A stretch of DNA of 52,528 nt from a candidate division WS2 bacterium ADurb.Bin280 (GTDB taxonomy: Bacteria > Patescibacteriota > UBA1384 > DTJR01). Below are positions 26,873 through 39,249 of the stretch, piece by piece. The notes below the pieces were generated by a model, which saw only the letters and a list, made by a program, of their open reading frames with translations, did no database searches and had not been told where the DNA came from. Within the stretch, counting starts at the first letter, position 1; the number at the start of each line of letters is the position of its first letter. The DNA is taken from the NCBI GenBank assembly GCA_002071685.1, contig MWBO01000006.1:1-52528 (forward strand). Direction: 5' to 3'. A program made the position numbers and the translations under genes.

Positions 26873-29473
26873 TTAGTTTTTTGGGGCTTCTTCGACTGTC
26901 TCCGGTTGGGTTTCCTCCTGTTCTTTTTTTGCCGGACTGACGGACGCCACCTTGTCATTTTTGGCTAAACGCATCAATCTAACTCCCTGTGTGTCCCTTC
27001 CCAGCTGTTTTGCCGACTTCATCGGGATTCTGATAATTTGCCCCATTTTGGAGACGATTATGAGGTCTTGGTTTGGGTCGTTTGTAATAATTGCTTCCAC
27101 AACCTGACCTGTTTTGTCGCTTACTTTAGACGCTCTGACTCCGTATCCACCTCGCTTTTGCACTGGATAATTTTTTACAACCTGAGTCCTCTTGCCGTAA
27201 CCATTCTCCAGAATTGTTACAATGTCATTCTTTTTGCCCTCTTCGCTATTGGGATCAAAACATCCCATCGAAATTACTTCGTCTTCCGATTTGAGCCTAA
27301 TGCCAATAACGCCAGCGGCACTTCTGCCCATGGGTCTGACATCTTCCTCTTTGAAGACAATTCCTTGACCCTTTCTGGTTGCCATCACGACTGCGTCTTT
27401 GGGTGAGGTTATTTCTATAAACTTCAACTGGTCATTTTGGTTTAGCTTAATAGCTATTAGACCGGTTTTTCTGATGTTTTGATATGCATCTATCTTGGTT
27501 TTTTTCACTACGCCTTTTGCAGTCCCCATCAAGAAGTATTTATCTGTCATCAGGGTGTCTTTTCTTATTATTAACATGGCGGTGACGATCTCGTTTGGAG
27601 ACATTTGAATGATGTTTACAATCGCTTGGCCCTTTGCTTGTCGCGACGCCGAGGGGATTTCAAAAACCTTTGTAGAAAAAACTCTTCCTATATTAGTGAA
27701 GAAATAAATTGTGTCATGGGTTTGGGCTGTTTCCATGATTATCACCTGATCTTCGTCTTTTGGTGTGATCCCAACGATGCCTTTTCCACCTCGATTTTGT
27801 TTTTTGTAAGCCTCCACGGGAACTCTTTTGATGTAATTGCTCTTGGTCAAAGTTATTACAACGGATTCGTTTGGTATCAGATCTTCGGCTTTGAAGTTTG
27901 TGAGCTCCTGTTTAAATATTTTCGTTCTTCTGGGCTCGCCATACTTTTCTTTTATTTCAATAATTTCTTTTTTTACAATTTCAAGAATTTTCTTGGGGTC
28001 TGCAAGAATTGCTTCGAGTTCGCCAATTAGTTTTCTAATACTGATAAGCTCGTCTTCAACTTTTTTTCTCTCAAGTGCGGCGAGAGCGGACAGTCTCATA
28101 TCCAATATTGCATTTACCTGTATTTTGCTGAATTCAAATTTTGCAATCAAATTTTTTGCTGCATCTTCTCTGTTTGCGCTTTTTTTGATAATTTCGATAA
28201 TTTCGTCGATGTGATCCAGGGCTTTTTTCAATCCCTCCAAAATATGCTCTCTCTCTTTGGCCCTGGCGAGATCGTATTCGCATCTTCTTCTGACCACTTC
28301 CTGCCTGTGCTTTATAAATTCGTTCAAAGCGCTCTTAAGATTTAAGATTCTAGGCTGAATTCTGTCTACAAGGGCCAAAATATTGATATGGTAGGCGCTC
28401 TGGAGCTGAGTAAGCTCATAAATTCTGTTTAGAACTTTTTTGGGATACGAATTATTTTTCAGCTCGATAACTATTTGCACTTCTTTATTTCTATCTGATT
28501 CATCACGAATATCGGTAATACCGTCAATTCTTTTTTCTTTCACTAACTCGGCTATTTTAGAAATGAGATCCGCTTTATTTACCTGAAATGGGATCGAAGA
28601 AATCATGATTTTGAAACCGCGCTTATCTTCCATGATCTCTGCTTCGCCTCTAATTATAATTTTGCCCTTACCTGTAGCGTAAGCATTTTTTATTCCCTCG
28701 GCGCCGTATATGGACGCACCGGTGGGAAAATCGGGCCCTTTAACAAAATTCATCAGATCTTCAAGCTCTGCATTGGGATTTTCTATAAGATGAATGATAC
28801 CGTCGCATAGCTCAATCAAATTGTGAGGAGGGATGTTTGTGGCCATTCCAACAGCGATTCCGACTGTTCCGTTAAGCAGAAGGTTGGGGACCCTTGTTGG
28901 TAGAACGGTTGGCTCGTTTAGGGTGTTGTCGTAGTTTGGTGTAAGATCGACCGTTTCCTTATCAATATCTGAAAGCATGTCTGACGAAATTGCTGCCAAA
29001 CGAGCTTCGGTATATCTGGGAGCGGCCGCTCTGTCACCGTCCATCGATCCGAAGTTACCCTGCCCCTGCACCAGAGGATGGCGCATTTTGAAACTTTGGG
29101 CCATACCGACCATTGTGTCGTAAACGGCCATGTCTCCGTGCGGATGATATTTACCCAAAACCTCTCCGACGATTTTGGCCGACTTTACAAATTTAGCCGA
29201 AGATGTCAGGTTCATTTCGCCCATTGCGTAGATGATTCTGCGGTGCACGGGCTTAAGACCGTCTCTGGCATCGGGAAGGGCTCTGGCGACTATTACGCTC
29301 ATAGCATAATCAAGATACGACTGTTGCATTTCGTTGACTATCGAACGGCCGGCAATGGTTCCGTATTGGGTTTGTTTGACCATTTCAAGACGCTCTTGGA
29401 GCGCCTCGTTATTTTCTTCGACTAGCTCTTGACTGTTTTGTTCTAAATTTTCTGTTTGATCTTTTTCTTCCAT
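26873..29473 (-). CDS. gyrA: DNA gyrase subunit A
   Basis: [22 protein letters not shown] and a beta-pinwheel C-terminal domain. Confidence 0.97.
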   Translation of the reverse strand: MEEKDQTENLEQNSQELVEENNEALQERLEMVKQTQYGTIAGRSIVNEMQQSYLDYAMSVIVARALPDARDGLKPVHRRIIYAMGEMNLTSSAKFVKSAKIVGEVLGKYHPHGDMAVYDTMVGMAQSFKMRHPLVQGQGNFGSMDGDRAAAPRYTEARLAAISSDMLSDIDKETVDLTPNYDNTLNEPTVLPTRVPNLLLNGTVGIAVGMATNIPPHNLIELCDGIIHLIENPNAELEDLMNFVKGPDFPTGASIYGAEGIKNAYATGKGKIIIRGEAEIMEDKRGFKIMISSIPFQVNKADLISKIAELVKEKRIDGITDIRDESDRNKEVQIVIELKNNSYPKKVLNRIYELTQLQSAYHINILALVDRIQPRILNLKSALNEFIKHRQEVVRRRCEYDLARAKEREHILEGLKKALDHIDEIIEIIKKSANREDAAKNLIAKFEFSKIQVNAILDMRLSALAALERKKVEDELISIRKLIGELEAILADPKKILEIVKKEIIEIKEKYGEPRRTKIFKQELTNFKAEDLIPNESVVITLTKSNYIKRVPVEAYKKQNRGGKGIVGITPKDEDQVIIMETAQTHDTIYFFTNIGRVFSTKVFEIPSASRQAKGQAIVNIIQMSPNEIVTAMLIIRKDTLMTDKYFLMGTAKGVVKKTKIDAYQNIRKTGLIAIKLNQNDQLKFIEITSPKDAVVMATRKGQGIVFKEEDVRPMGRSAAGVIGIRLKSEDEVISMGCFDPNSEEGKKNDIVTILENGYGKRTQVVKNYPVQKRGGYGVRASKVSDKTGQVVEAIITNDPNQDLIIVSKMGQIIRIPMKSAKQLGRDTQGVRLMRLAKNDKVASVSPAKKEQEETQPETVEEAPKN

Positions 29474-29474
29474 T

Positions 29475-31439
<1,965 letters not shown>

Positions 31440-31467
31440 TTATACCATATATTGTGTGATTTTCCAA

Positions 31468-32859
31468 TTAAAAGACCTTGCTTGATCTATCGAAATTGCC
31501 TTCAAATACTTTTCTGGAAAACCTGACAATATTAAGGTGCTCGCTGATTGTACCAGCTTGTTTTTGATATATCAAAAAATAATTACTTTTTGCCTTTAAA
31601 GGGAGTTCGTAGACTAGTTCGACAGTTTTTTCTTCTCCCGGATCAACAGAGAACCAATAGCCGAAAACCGTTTTTGAATTTTCGGTTTTGATGTCTATCG
31701 TAGAAGTTATGTCTTCTTCGGAAAGTTTTGCGCTGATCAATTTGCTTCCAAGGGGCACGACAACTCTTTGATAGTTTCGGTTGAGTATTTGTGGCCAAAG
31801 ATTGCTGCGATGAAACCTTTTGACTTGCAGGCGGGCCTGTAAACTTTCTGATTCGTTTTTTGAAACGAGGTAGTCGATGCTTTGCTCGATATTTAGCGAA
31901 GACTTGCCCCCGTTTAGATTGGCGTTTATTACAGAAAGATAATCGCTTTGGGACTCAAGTGTTTTACCGGAAATTTTGATTTTTTCGCAAATTTCTTGCT
32001 TTCTTTGGTCGTTGAAAAAGGCAATAATTCTGCCTTTATGGATTTGCGATAGGCAATAGGGGATGAGTTTCCATTTGGGAATGTCTTTTAATTTTGTAGC
32101 AACTTTGGGAAAGAGTTCTTTGATAAGGGTCTTGGGTTCGTTTATCTCTTTATTTTTCGGATCTAGCCAGTATTGCTCGTCTATCTTCTCCGACATTATT
32201 TGTGTAAAATTTTCGCTGTTTATCGATGTTTCTTCGTCAATTTGTATTTCTCCCGTTAATTTAAGCAGGTCGATGAAAGCGAGCGAAGATATTGCAATTA
32301 CGCCATCGCTTTTTCTGTCCCAACCTTGGGAAAAATACCACTCAATTGTTCTGGCCGCTTGAGGAAAGTCAAAAGACCAGTTTGCGTTAACAAAACTTTG
32401 TGGCCTGTCTTGCCAAGTCTGCGCCATCGGTTCGGGCAGGGGAACGTTGGTTTCATTTAGTATCTTATTATCCATTTTGTATGGATTGGTTTCAAAAGCG
32501 AGCTCGCTATTTAAAATGCTCCCCTTGACCTCCCAGATAGCAAAGCTACCCCAAAAGCCACCGGTGGGTCTAAGTTCGGCCGAATTCTGAAAGCCAACTA
32601 TTATATCCTCGTTTCTCACCATCGCGGAAAGAGCGACTAGGTTGTATAGCTGAGTCCGAGAAAAAATTGCCATTACGGCAAAAACAAAGCCAATAATACA
32701 AGCAAGGGCAATCAAAAAATGTTTGCGCCGTCTCACGCTTTTAGTTGCCGACTTGTCTATTTTGACTTTTTGAGTGGCACAATTGAGACTTTTTGGACTA
32801 ATCGAGTATTTTTTCCGCGCTTTTAGATCACTAAACCTGTTACCCCTCTTTGGTTGCAT
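31468..32859 (-). CDS. DUF4012-like membrane-anchored protein
   Basis: N-terminal TM, then the NSAELRPTGGFWGSFA motif typical of DUF4012. Located next to polysaccharide genes. Confidence 0.6.
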   Translation of the reverse strand: MQPKRGNRFSDLKARKKYSISPKSLNCATQKVKIDKSATKSVRRRKHFLIALACIIGFVFAVMAIFSRTQLYNLVALSAMVRNEDIIVGFQNSAELRPTGGFWGSFAIWEVKGSILNSELAFETNPYKMDNKILNETNVPLPEPMAQTWQDRPQSFVNANWSFDFPQAARTIEWYFSQGWDRKSDGVIAISSLAFIDLLKLTGEIQIDEETSINSENFTQIMSEKIDEQYWLDPKNKEINEPKTLIKELFPKVATKLKDIPKWKLIPYCLSQIHKGRIIAFFNDQRKQEICEKIKISGKTLESQSDYLSVINANLNGGKSSLNIEQSIDYLVSKNESESLQARLQVKRFHRSNLWPQILNRNYQRVVVPLGSKLISAKLSEEDITSTIDIKTENSKTVFGYWFSVDPGEEKTVELVYELPLKAKSNYFLIYQKQAGTISEHLNIVRFSRKVFEGNFDRSSKVF

Positions 32860-32864
32860 TTAGA

Positions 32865-33491
32865 TTATTTTGATTTCTTGATGCTATTTAAGATTAGTGC
32901 ATACCCAATGGATATGAATAAGCCAAATATTCCTGCAACAATGGCGTTTAGTGTGTACATCTTGGGGTTCGAGATAATTATCGGATCGGTGACGCTCACT
33001 GTAAATTTGGCCGAAGTGTCTTTGGCATTGTTGCTTTCAATTTTTTCTTTGATAATCGAAGAGAGCGTTTTTATCATTGCTTCCGCCTTGGCCTTGTCTT
33101 TTGAGCTGTAGCTCACATCAACGACGCTGGAAAGATCGGTTTTTTTCTTGGCAGTAAAAGTTTTTCCCAAATCTCTCAAGTTTGACGGTGGAATTTCGTA
33201 GCCGGCCCCCTGGTATGTTTCTGCAACTATTGAAGGGGCACCAATTAAGCCGATAACATTGTTGGCAAAGGTTGTCGCGACCTGTGTATTATAGAAATTA
33301 TCATATTGGAAGTATTCGACATTTGATTGCGTTTGCAAGGGGCTACGAGTGATTTCTATGGCTGAAGATGATTGGTAAGTGGGGGGTGTTCCCCAAGTTA
33401 ATATAAGCGTAATACCGGTAACGATTATAATGACCGACACTATCAAGATGATATTCTTCTTGATTATGTTTAAATAATCGATGATGTCCAT
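32865..33491 (-). CDS. Wzz/chain-length-determinant-like protein
   Basis: TM segments at both N- and C-termini flanking a periplasmic-type domain. Assigned partly by locus context. Confidence 0.5.
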   Translation of the reverse strand: MDIIDYLNIIKKNIILIVSVIIIVTGITLILTWGTPPTYQSSSAIEITRSPLQTQSNVEYFQYDNFYNTQVATTFANNVIGLIGAPSIVAETYQGAGYEIPPSNLRDLGKTFTAKKKTDLSSVVDVSYSSKDKAKAEAMIKTLSSIIKEKIESNNAKDTSAKFTVSVTDPIIISNPKMYTLNAIVAGIFGLFISIGYALILNSIKKSK

Positions 33492-33502
33492 TCTTCCTCC
33501 AT

Positions 33503-34567
33503 CTAAATATTTTTTATAAATTTTTTTATCTTGATTTGAAAAATGTCACTGGAAAATTTCTTTGCTTCCTCGACCAGTAACTCTGATTTAAACTTGGTTC
33601 GCTCGAATCTTTTGAGCGCCTCTGCTATAGACTCTTTGTCTTGGCTTTCAAACAAAATGCCGGTTATCCCGTCTTTCAATATTTCCTTCGCCCCTCCGCG
33701 AGCATAAGCAATGACTGGCGTCGCTTGGGAAATTGCCTCTACCGGAACAATACCAAAATCTTCTTCGCCCGGAAAGATCAGGGCTTTTGTCTCTCTTATG
33801 AGTTGGTATTTTTGTTTGTTTGAAACTCTGCCCAAAAATTTAATATTTTTTTTGGCAATTTTTTTTAGATTTCTAAGCTCTGGCCCATCTCCGGCAATAA
33901 GCAGTTCTTCGCCGTTTTCATTGAAAGCTTGCACTGCCAGATCTATTCTTTTGTAGGGGATCAGGCGGCCCAGGCAAAGATAGAAATTTTTCTTTTTGCA
34001 ATTAGCGGTTTTTATTATTTTTACCGGAGGATTGATAACAGTGGACTCCCTTTTATAAAATTTTTTTATTCTTTGCGATGTATTTGCTGAGTTGGCGATA
34101 AAAAAATCCACTCCCAGGTTTGTTTTGAGATCCCATTGCTTTAAATAATTTATAAAATATTTTCCAAAGGGAATTTTTGTCAAACGATTATCAATTTCGC
34201 TTTGCCAGACATATCTCATCGGGGTGTGACAATAACAAACATGGACTGATCCCACGGGCTTTTTGATGCCTTTGCCAATTGCTGAAGAGAGAGAAATTAT
34301 CAAATCAAAGCCATTTAAATCCAGACTTTCTATAGCCTTCAATAGGAGCGGGGGAACGAGTTGGTGTTTTTTGTTGACGAAAGGGATTTTTTGCAAAAAG
34401 GAGGTTTTGACGTCATATTTTTTATATTCAGGCAATTTCTCTGCGTTATAGACGGTCGTAAAAAGCTTCGCCTCTGGATAAATTTCAAGTAATTCGTCTA
34501 GTACGCTTTCGCCTCCGCCACGCCAGGTTAACCATTCGGCTACTATTGCAACTCTTTTCGGGTACAT
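33503..34567 (-). CDS. glycosyltransferase, GT4 family
   Basis: Start moved to MYPKRVAIV (34567), which abuts the upstream stop. GT-B C-terminal EDFGIVPVEA motif. Confidence 0.85.
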   Translation of the reverse strand: MYPKRVAIVAEWLTWRGGGESVLDELLEIYPEAKLFTTVYNAEKLPEYKKYDVKTSFLQKIPFVNKKHQLVPPLLLKAIESLDLNGFDLIISLSSAIGKGIKKPVGSVHVCYCHTPMRYVWQSEIDNRLTKIPFGKYFINYLKQWDLKTNLGVDFFIANSANTSQRIKKFYKRESTVINPPVKIIKTANCKKKNFYLCLGRLIPYKRIDLAVQAFNENGEELLIAGDGPELRNLKKIAKKNIKFLGRVSNKQKYQLIRETKALIFPGEEDFGIVPVEAISQATPVIAYARGGAKEILKDGITGILFESQDKESIAEALKRFERTKFKSELLVEEAKKFSSDIFQIKIKKFIKNI

Positions 34568-34568
34568 T

Positions 34569-35999
34569 TTAGTAAGATCCCTTGCCTTTAATGATGGTGC
34601 TAAATGTCTTGAGCATGATGTAAAAATCAAACCATATCGACCAGTTTTCAAGGTAAAAAATATCGAGCCGTGCCTCTTCGTCAAAAGTCAGATCGGACCT
34701 ACCGGATATTTGAGCTAGTCCGGTAATTCCAGGTTTTATTAGAAGCAATTTTCTCTGTTCTTTAGAATAATTCTTAACTTCTTTGGGCTGGTGTGGTCTT
34801 GGTCCCACCAAACTCATATTTCCGATTAGCACATTGACGAATTGCGGCAGTTCGTCGAGACTGGTTTTTCTCAAAAAAGCACCTACCTTTGTTACCCTTG
34901 GATCTTCAGCTATTTTGTAGACGGCGCTACCCGTTTTGATGTTTTTTTCTTCAATCAGCTTATCTTCAATCTCTTCGGCCCGCGAGCCACCATATTCACT
35001 GCCGGTGCATAGATCAATGAACATAGTGCGAAACTTTAGAGTTTTAAATTCGCCTTTATTTCCAGTTCTTATATTTTTGTAAATAACAGGACCCTTGGAA
35101 TCTATCTTTATTAAGATGGCAATTATTGCAATCAATGGAGATAGGATTATCAGGGCGATTGACGAACCAATGATGTCAATCAATCTTTTGAGCGCAAATC
35201 CCCAGCTGTCGAGGGGAGTTCCCATAAACTCAATTATCGGAATGCCGGCGAATGCGTCAAACTGGAGTGTTCTTGCGCCGACCTGTGCGTGAGCGGGCAC
35301 TGCTTTGAAGACAACTCCGGCCTCTTGGCAGGTTTGCATTATTTCAAATAGCTTCTGGTTGGATAAGGCGGTATCAACAACAATGACCTCATCTAGTTTT
35401 TTATTTGAGATTATTTCCGGCAAGTCAGCAATTTTTCCAAGTTTTTTTTCATCGCTTGCATCGTCGTCAGTTATTAATCCGACCAGATCATAACCGAGGT
35501 TTTTGCGGTTTCTTACTTGGGCAATTATGTGCTTAATTGTTTGGCTGGATGGCCCGACTAAGGCCAATTTTTTTTTCTTGACGCCAAAAATATAAAGATT
35601 AGATTTGATGAAGTTTATGATTGTTCGCCCCAATCCCACTCCCACTATGGAGAGAATCCAAATGTAAAAGACTATTATTCTTGAGAAGAAGTCACTTCTA
35701 TTTATAAAAACCCAAAGAACCACGGCCATTGCGCCAAGACTGGCGCCTGCGATGATTTGTCCAATCTCTTTCATTCTGTTTCGCTGACTACCGTATAAAC
35801 CGGCAAAAGCGAACGCTATGGCATAAACAGGGAGGAGCATCAAGGCCAGAGTAAAATATTGCTGGAACGGCCAAATATAAACAACTGGAAGGGGAATGGA
35901 GTTTGCTCTCGCATAGTATGCAATCACAAAAGAAGCAAGTACCATCAGTAGATCGATGGGCAAAGTTATTATTGTCAGAATTTGTTCGGCCTTTTTCAT
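34569..35999 (-). CDS. polyprenyl-phosphate sugar phosphotransferase (WbaP/bacterial sugar transferase family)
   Basis: Multi-TM N-terminus and a C-terminal [21 protein letters not shown] motif. Confidence 0.9.
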   Translation of the reverse strand: MKKAEQILTIITLPIDLLMVLASFVIAYYARANSIPLPVVYIWPFQQYFTLALMLLPVYAIAFAFAGLYGSQRNRMKEIGQIIAGASLGAMAVVLWVFINRSDFFSRIIVFYIWILSIVGVGLGRTIINFIKSNLYIFGVKKKKLALVGPSSQTIKHIIAQVRNRKNLGYDLVGLITDDDASDEKKLGKIADLPEIISNKKLDEVIVVDTALSNQKLFEIMQTCQEAGVVFKAVPAHAQVGARTLQFDAFAGIPIIEFMGTPLDSWGFALKRLIDIIGSSIALIILSPLIAIIAILIKIDSKGPVIYKNIRTGNKGEFKTLKFRTMFIDLCTGSEYGGSRAEEIEDKLIEEKNIKTGSAVYKIAEDPRVTKVGAFLRKTSLDELPQFVNVLIGNMSLVGPRPHQPKEVKNYSKEQRKLLLIKPGITGLAQISGRSDLTFDEEARLDIFYLENWSIWFDFYIMLKTFSTIIKGKGSY

Positions 36000-36091
36000 G
36001 ATCCTATATATATTATATGTTTTATATTTTGCAATTTATAGCACCTTACGCGAAATAAATCAATGTTCTTATCCGTTTTTTTAAAAAACCG

Positions 36092-36123
36092 GCACCAAAA
36101 ACCCCGCAAATTGCGGGGTTTTT
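36092..36123 (-). terminator. intrinsic terminator
   Basis: CCCCGC-aaatt-GCGGGG flanked by A5/T5. Confidence 0.7.
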
Positions 36124-36139
36124 GGATCTTTTTGGTTAA

Positions 36140-36349
36140 CTATTTTGATTTTTTGAGCATTGGTAAACCAGTTCGAGAGTTTTCCATTACTTCGTAACCG
36201 CTTGGAAGATCGCAGGCATTGCTCTTCTCTTCCTTGGCAAAGTAGTAAATGGTTTGCTGTCTGCCACCTCTTAGAGTGACGTCCTTGCAGTGTAGGTAGT
36301 ACTCCTCGCCGGTTTTGTTAGATTTTTGACTATAAGCCACTTTTTCCAC
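36140..36349 (-). CDS. small conserved-looking hypothetical protein
   Basis: 69-aa ORF (..EEYYLH...L.GGR...IYYF......LP.GYEV.E..RTGLP.LKK) with its own terminator. Confidence 0.6.
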   Translation of the reverse strand: MEKVAYSQKSNKTGEEYYLHCKDVTLRGGRQQTIYYFAKEEKSNACDLPSGYEVMENSRTGLPMLKKSK

Positions 36350-36383
36350 CCCCTCTCTTATTTTTCTTTAGATTATAATCTGA

Positions 36384-36827
36384 TTATAGGGTTGGCTTAT
36401 GGTTTGTCAATAGCTCGTCAACCTGATATTTTTTATCGGCCTTTCTGTTTTTGAAGTAAAGTGCCGTCGGTAGAAGTAGGATTATAAGGTATGTGGCGAT
36501 ACTTTCCCATCGTGAAAAAACGCCCAAATAATTTTTTAACATCAAGACATTGACTATCAAAAAATCAAGGACAACAACGACGGCAAATAGATAAATGCCT
36601 TGAAACAGAGCCGTTTTAAATTTCTTGATCGCTTTTTTGTCAATGATTAAATATTCGGTGATGATGACAAAAATTAAAGTAAGGGCAAAAAGGTAGGGGT
36701 CTCTCTCGTATCTTCCTCCCGATACAACAATTTCAAGTAGCAGGAAATATACCAAGTATATTAGAGCGCCCTTTAATATATAATTTAATGCCGGTCGCGC
36801 CTTTGACAAATTTATTTTTATTTTCAT
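36384..36827 (-). CDS. integral membrane protein (about 4 TM)
   Basis: Hydrophobic periodicity only. Confidence 0.6.
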   Translation of the reverse strand: MKIKINLSKARPALNYILKGALIYLVYFLLLEIVVSGGRYERDPYLFALTLIFVIITEYLIIDKKAIKKFKTALFQGIYLFAVVVVLDFLIVNVLMLKNYLGVFSRWESIATYLIILLLPTALYFKNRKADKKYQVDELLTNHKPTL

Positions 36828-36875
36828 ATGCCTCCCTTTTAATTTATTTGAAATTACTCCTGTTTTGATAGCTCG

Positions 36876-37508
36876 TCAAATAACTGACTCTTTCAGGCAA
36901 TTTCTTATGAATAATTTTCTGTGTTCGCAGGTCGGTCCGTGCGTTTTAATTGCCTGTCTGTGATCGGCCGTGCCATAGCCGAAATTTTTTTCAAATTTAA
37001 AAAATGAATATTTTTTTGCCAGTCGTTTCATAATCTCATCTCTGGTGGTTTTGGCAATAATGGAAGCTGCCGCTATCGTCGCAGATACTTGATCGCCCTT
37101 TGTGATTCCTGTTTGAGGTGTAGTGGAGGATGGTAGGGTGAAGTAGTCGATTATCAGATAGTCGGGTTTGATTTTTAGATCACAAATTGATCGTTCGTAG
37201 CATAGGTACATTGCTTGCTTGATGCCTAGGGAATTTATTTCCTCGGTCTGACAAACGCCAACTGACCATGCAATCGCTTTTTCTTTGATCTTCAGTGATA
37301 TTTCTTGGCGTCTTTTTGCAGAAAGTTTCTTGGAGTCATTGACCTCAAAATCAAAACCTTCTATCGGCGCTATTACGGCTGCGCTAACCAAAGGACCGGC
37401 AAGGGCGCCTTTGCCGGCCTCGTCTATTCCACAAATTTTCTCAAACCCTCTCCTCTGAAGATTTCGCTCGAAGTCCATATTCGGCTTGGAGGGGATTTTA
37501 ATCTTCAT
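36876..37508 (-). CDS. rnhB: ribonuclease HII
   Basis: GIDEAGKGALAGPLV and DSK motifs. Confidence 0.93.
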   Translation of the reverse strand: MKIKIPSKPNMDFERNLQRRGFEKICGIDEAGKGALAGPLVSAAVIAPIEGFDFEVNDSKKLSAKRRQEISLKIKEKAIAWSVGVCQTEEINSLGIKQAMYLCYERSICDLKIKPDYLIIDYFTLPSSTTPQTGITKGDQVSATIAAASIIAKTTRDEIMKRLAKKYSFFKFEKNFGYGTADHRQAIKTHGPTCEHRKLFIRNCLKESVI

Positions 37509-37509
37509 T

Positions 37510-37683
37510 TTAGTTTGCCGGTCTGGTCGGTTCCGGTGGAACGGGTGGTGTGTTGACCGCCTCTTGCGAGAGATCGTCAGAGATCAAGGCACTTTCAGCA
37601 TCGTCGGTGCTATTGCTATTTTGGCAACCACCAACTACTAGCGCGAAACAAAGTATCAATAAAAACGATCCGATTTTTTTCAT
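37510..37683 (-). CDS. small lipoprotein (not in the ORF track, 57 aa)
   Basis: MKKIGSFLLILCFALVVGGC: signal peptide plus lipobox. Its stop lies 1 nt before the rnhB start. Confidence 0.6.
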   Translation of the reverse strand: MKKIGSFLLILCFALVVGGCQNSNSTDDAESALISDDLSQEAVNTPPVPPEPTRPAN

Positions 37684-37730
37684 TTTCCTCCTTTATTTTG
37701 TTTAATTATAATTAAAAATCGCTTTTTTTG

Positions 37731-38264
37731 CTAGAGATTAGATCTTGATTTAACTATGGAGCTAATTATAAAAACCACCAAAAGAGCCACACCGGATACG
37801 GCAAGAGCTTTTATTATATTGATACGCTCCTTGTCGGCTGAAGAGATATCTTGATCTTCTGTTGTTTGGATAATCTGCTCTGGCGATGCTTCGCTACCTG
37901 GTGTTTCTGTCGGATTTATTATTTCTGTCTGCTCGTCCTGTTCTCTTTCCATATCAACGCGGGGGGCTTGGCTTTGATCGATTTGTACATCGCTCGTCTG
38001 CGGTGCTTGGATTACTACAGTTTTAATAACTTCATCTTCTTGGATTGGTATCTGATCTTCGACGATGACGGCTTCGCTTTGAGCGTAGGCACTCCAATCA
38101 TCACTTGAGGCATAGGCATCTGATTGCGAGAACTCGCACGAAGCGCTTGCACTGGCGGACCCATCCTGCGCATTTGCACTTGCTTGACAAGAGTCTTCTC
38201 CTAGAGAAGTTTTTGGGGCAAAAAATAGAGTAAATGCAAATATCAATACGATCAATATATTCAT
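37731..38264 (-). CDS. acidic secreted protein with a C-terminal TM anchor
   Basis: Signal peptide, a D/E/Q/S-rich body, and a C-terminal hydrophobic helix followed by KSRSNL. Confidence 0.65.
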   Translation of the reverse strand: MNILIVLIFAFTLFFAPKTSLGEDSCQASANAQDGSASASASCEFSQSDAYASSDDWSAYAQSEAVIVEDQIPIQEDEVIKTVVIQAPQTSDVQIDQSQAPRVDMEREQDEQTEIINPTETPGSEASPEQIIQTTEDQDISSADKERINIIKALAVSGVALLVVFIISSIVKSRSNL

Positions 38265-38311
38265 CTTGCCTGAAAACTATCTTAAAAAAAGAGTTAAGTC
38301 AACCTTGGGTT

Positions 38312-38629
38312 TTAAAAAACAATTGTTGAAATCAAAATAGAGTTTATTATGGCGAATCCATAAAAAAGATTTCTTGTAGTTCTGGGAGTTGGTTGTAGGT
38401 AAAACATTGCCGTTATTAAGAGGTTGATCGCTGCTGCGTAAGCAAAAAAGCGTTGTGAAGTTATTAGCGCAATAATCGCCATCGAGACAAAAACAATCGC
38501 CATCGTCTTCTGATAAAAGAGTGTCGACTCATTTTTAAACAATTTTCTTTTTTTTGCTGCTTGGGTGAGTTGTGCCCCTCTGATAAAAATAACTACCCCC
38601 AAAACCCAGATAACAATTAGAATCCACAT
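38312..38629 (-). CDS. small membrane protein (3 TM)
   Basis: Hydrophobic profile only. Confidence 0.55.
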   Translation of the reverse strand: MWILIVIWVLGVVIFIRGAQLTQAAKKRKLFKNESTLFYQKTMAIVFVSMAIIALITSQRFFAYAAAINLLITAMFYLQPTPRTTRNLFYGFAIINSILISTIVF

Positions 38630-38659
38630 TGTAATTAAATGATAGTAGATTTAATTGTA

Positions 38660-38698
38660 AAAAGCAAAAAGGGTCCGGGGGACCCTTTTTGCTTTTAA
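38660..38698 (-). terminator. intrinsic terminator (bidirectional)
   Basis: GCAAAAAGGGTCC-ggg-GGACCCTTTTTGC. Confidence 0.75.
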
Positions 38699-38713
38699 AG
38701 GCATTTATTTCAA

Positions 38714-38872
38714 TTACTGCTCGTCTCCATCTTCCTCTTCATCTTCATCTTCTTCATCATCATCATCGCCCCAGTCTTCTGCCTCTTCGTCATCGTCTTC
38801 TTCTGTTTCTTCTGTCTCTTCTTCAGTTTCTTCTGTTTCTTCTTCTTCCATTACTTGATCCTCATCTGACAT
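38714..38872 (-). CDS. 52-aa hyper-acidic peptide (not in the ORF track)
   Basis: MSDEDQVMEEEETEETEEETEETEEDDDEEAEDWGDDDDEEDEDEEEDGDEQ. GGAGGTG lies 8 nt upstream of the ATG, and a terminator follows. Confidence 0.6.
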   Translation of the reverse strand: MSDEDQVMEEEETEETEEETEETEEDDDEEAEDWGDDDDEEDEDEEEDGDEQ

Positions 38873-38954
38873 GTCAAACACCTCCTTCTCGTAATTTTAT
38901 TTTTGTTAGTTAAAGTATAACAATCAAAACCAAAAAGCAAAATCATGTCAAGAC

Positions 38955-38986
38955 TAAAATGCACAGGCCCGCCGTTGCGGCGGGCC
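38955..38986 (-). terminator. GC hairpin terminator of the GC-rich small ORF
   Basis: GGCCCGCC-gttgc-GGCGGGCC, then a T-run on the minus strand. Confidence 0.6.
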
Positions 38987-39009
38987 TAAAGTGCTGGGGC
39001 TGTTAGTCT

Positions 39010-39183
39010 TCAGCCCTTTATCATCGCAGCTCCTCGCCCGATGATTTCCAGAACTTCGAGGGGATCAAGCGGTCTACCCTCGACCAGAGAGAAAAACCCC
39101 CAAAGGAAGAGGGCCACCAAGGCCACGATCGCCCAGAGGGGGATTTCCCGGGTCTTTGCCTTAACTTGCTCATCTTTGCTCAT
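39010..39183 (-). CDS. 57-aa small membrane protein in GC-rich micro-island A (not in the ORF track)
   Basis: MSKDEQVKAKTREIPLWAIVALVALFLWGFFSLV... AGGAGG RBS. Candidate promoter TTGAAA-17-CATAAT at 39225-39253. Confidence 0.5.
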   Translation of the reverse strand: MSKDEQVKAKTREIPLWAIVALVALFLWGFFSLVEGRPLDPLEVLEIIGRGAAMIKG

Positions 39184-39249
39184 TGCCGTCCTCCTGTTTG
39201 TGCCTTATTGGTGAGCATGCGCAGATTATGCCTCTTTTTATATATTTTT

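Noticed and set aside
38689-38913. Plus-strand 74-aa H/L/P-rich ORF.
   Set aside because: It is the mirror image of the GAA/GAT-rich minus-strand acidic ORF. The minus-strand ORF has the RBS and terminator, and the plus-strand ORF has no signals.
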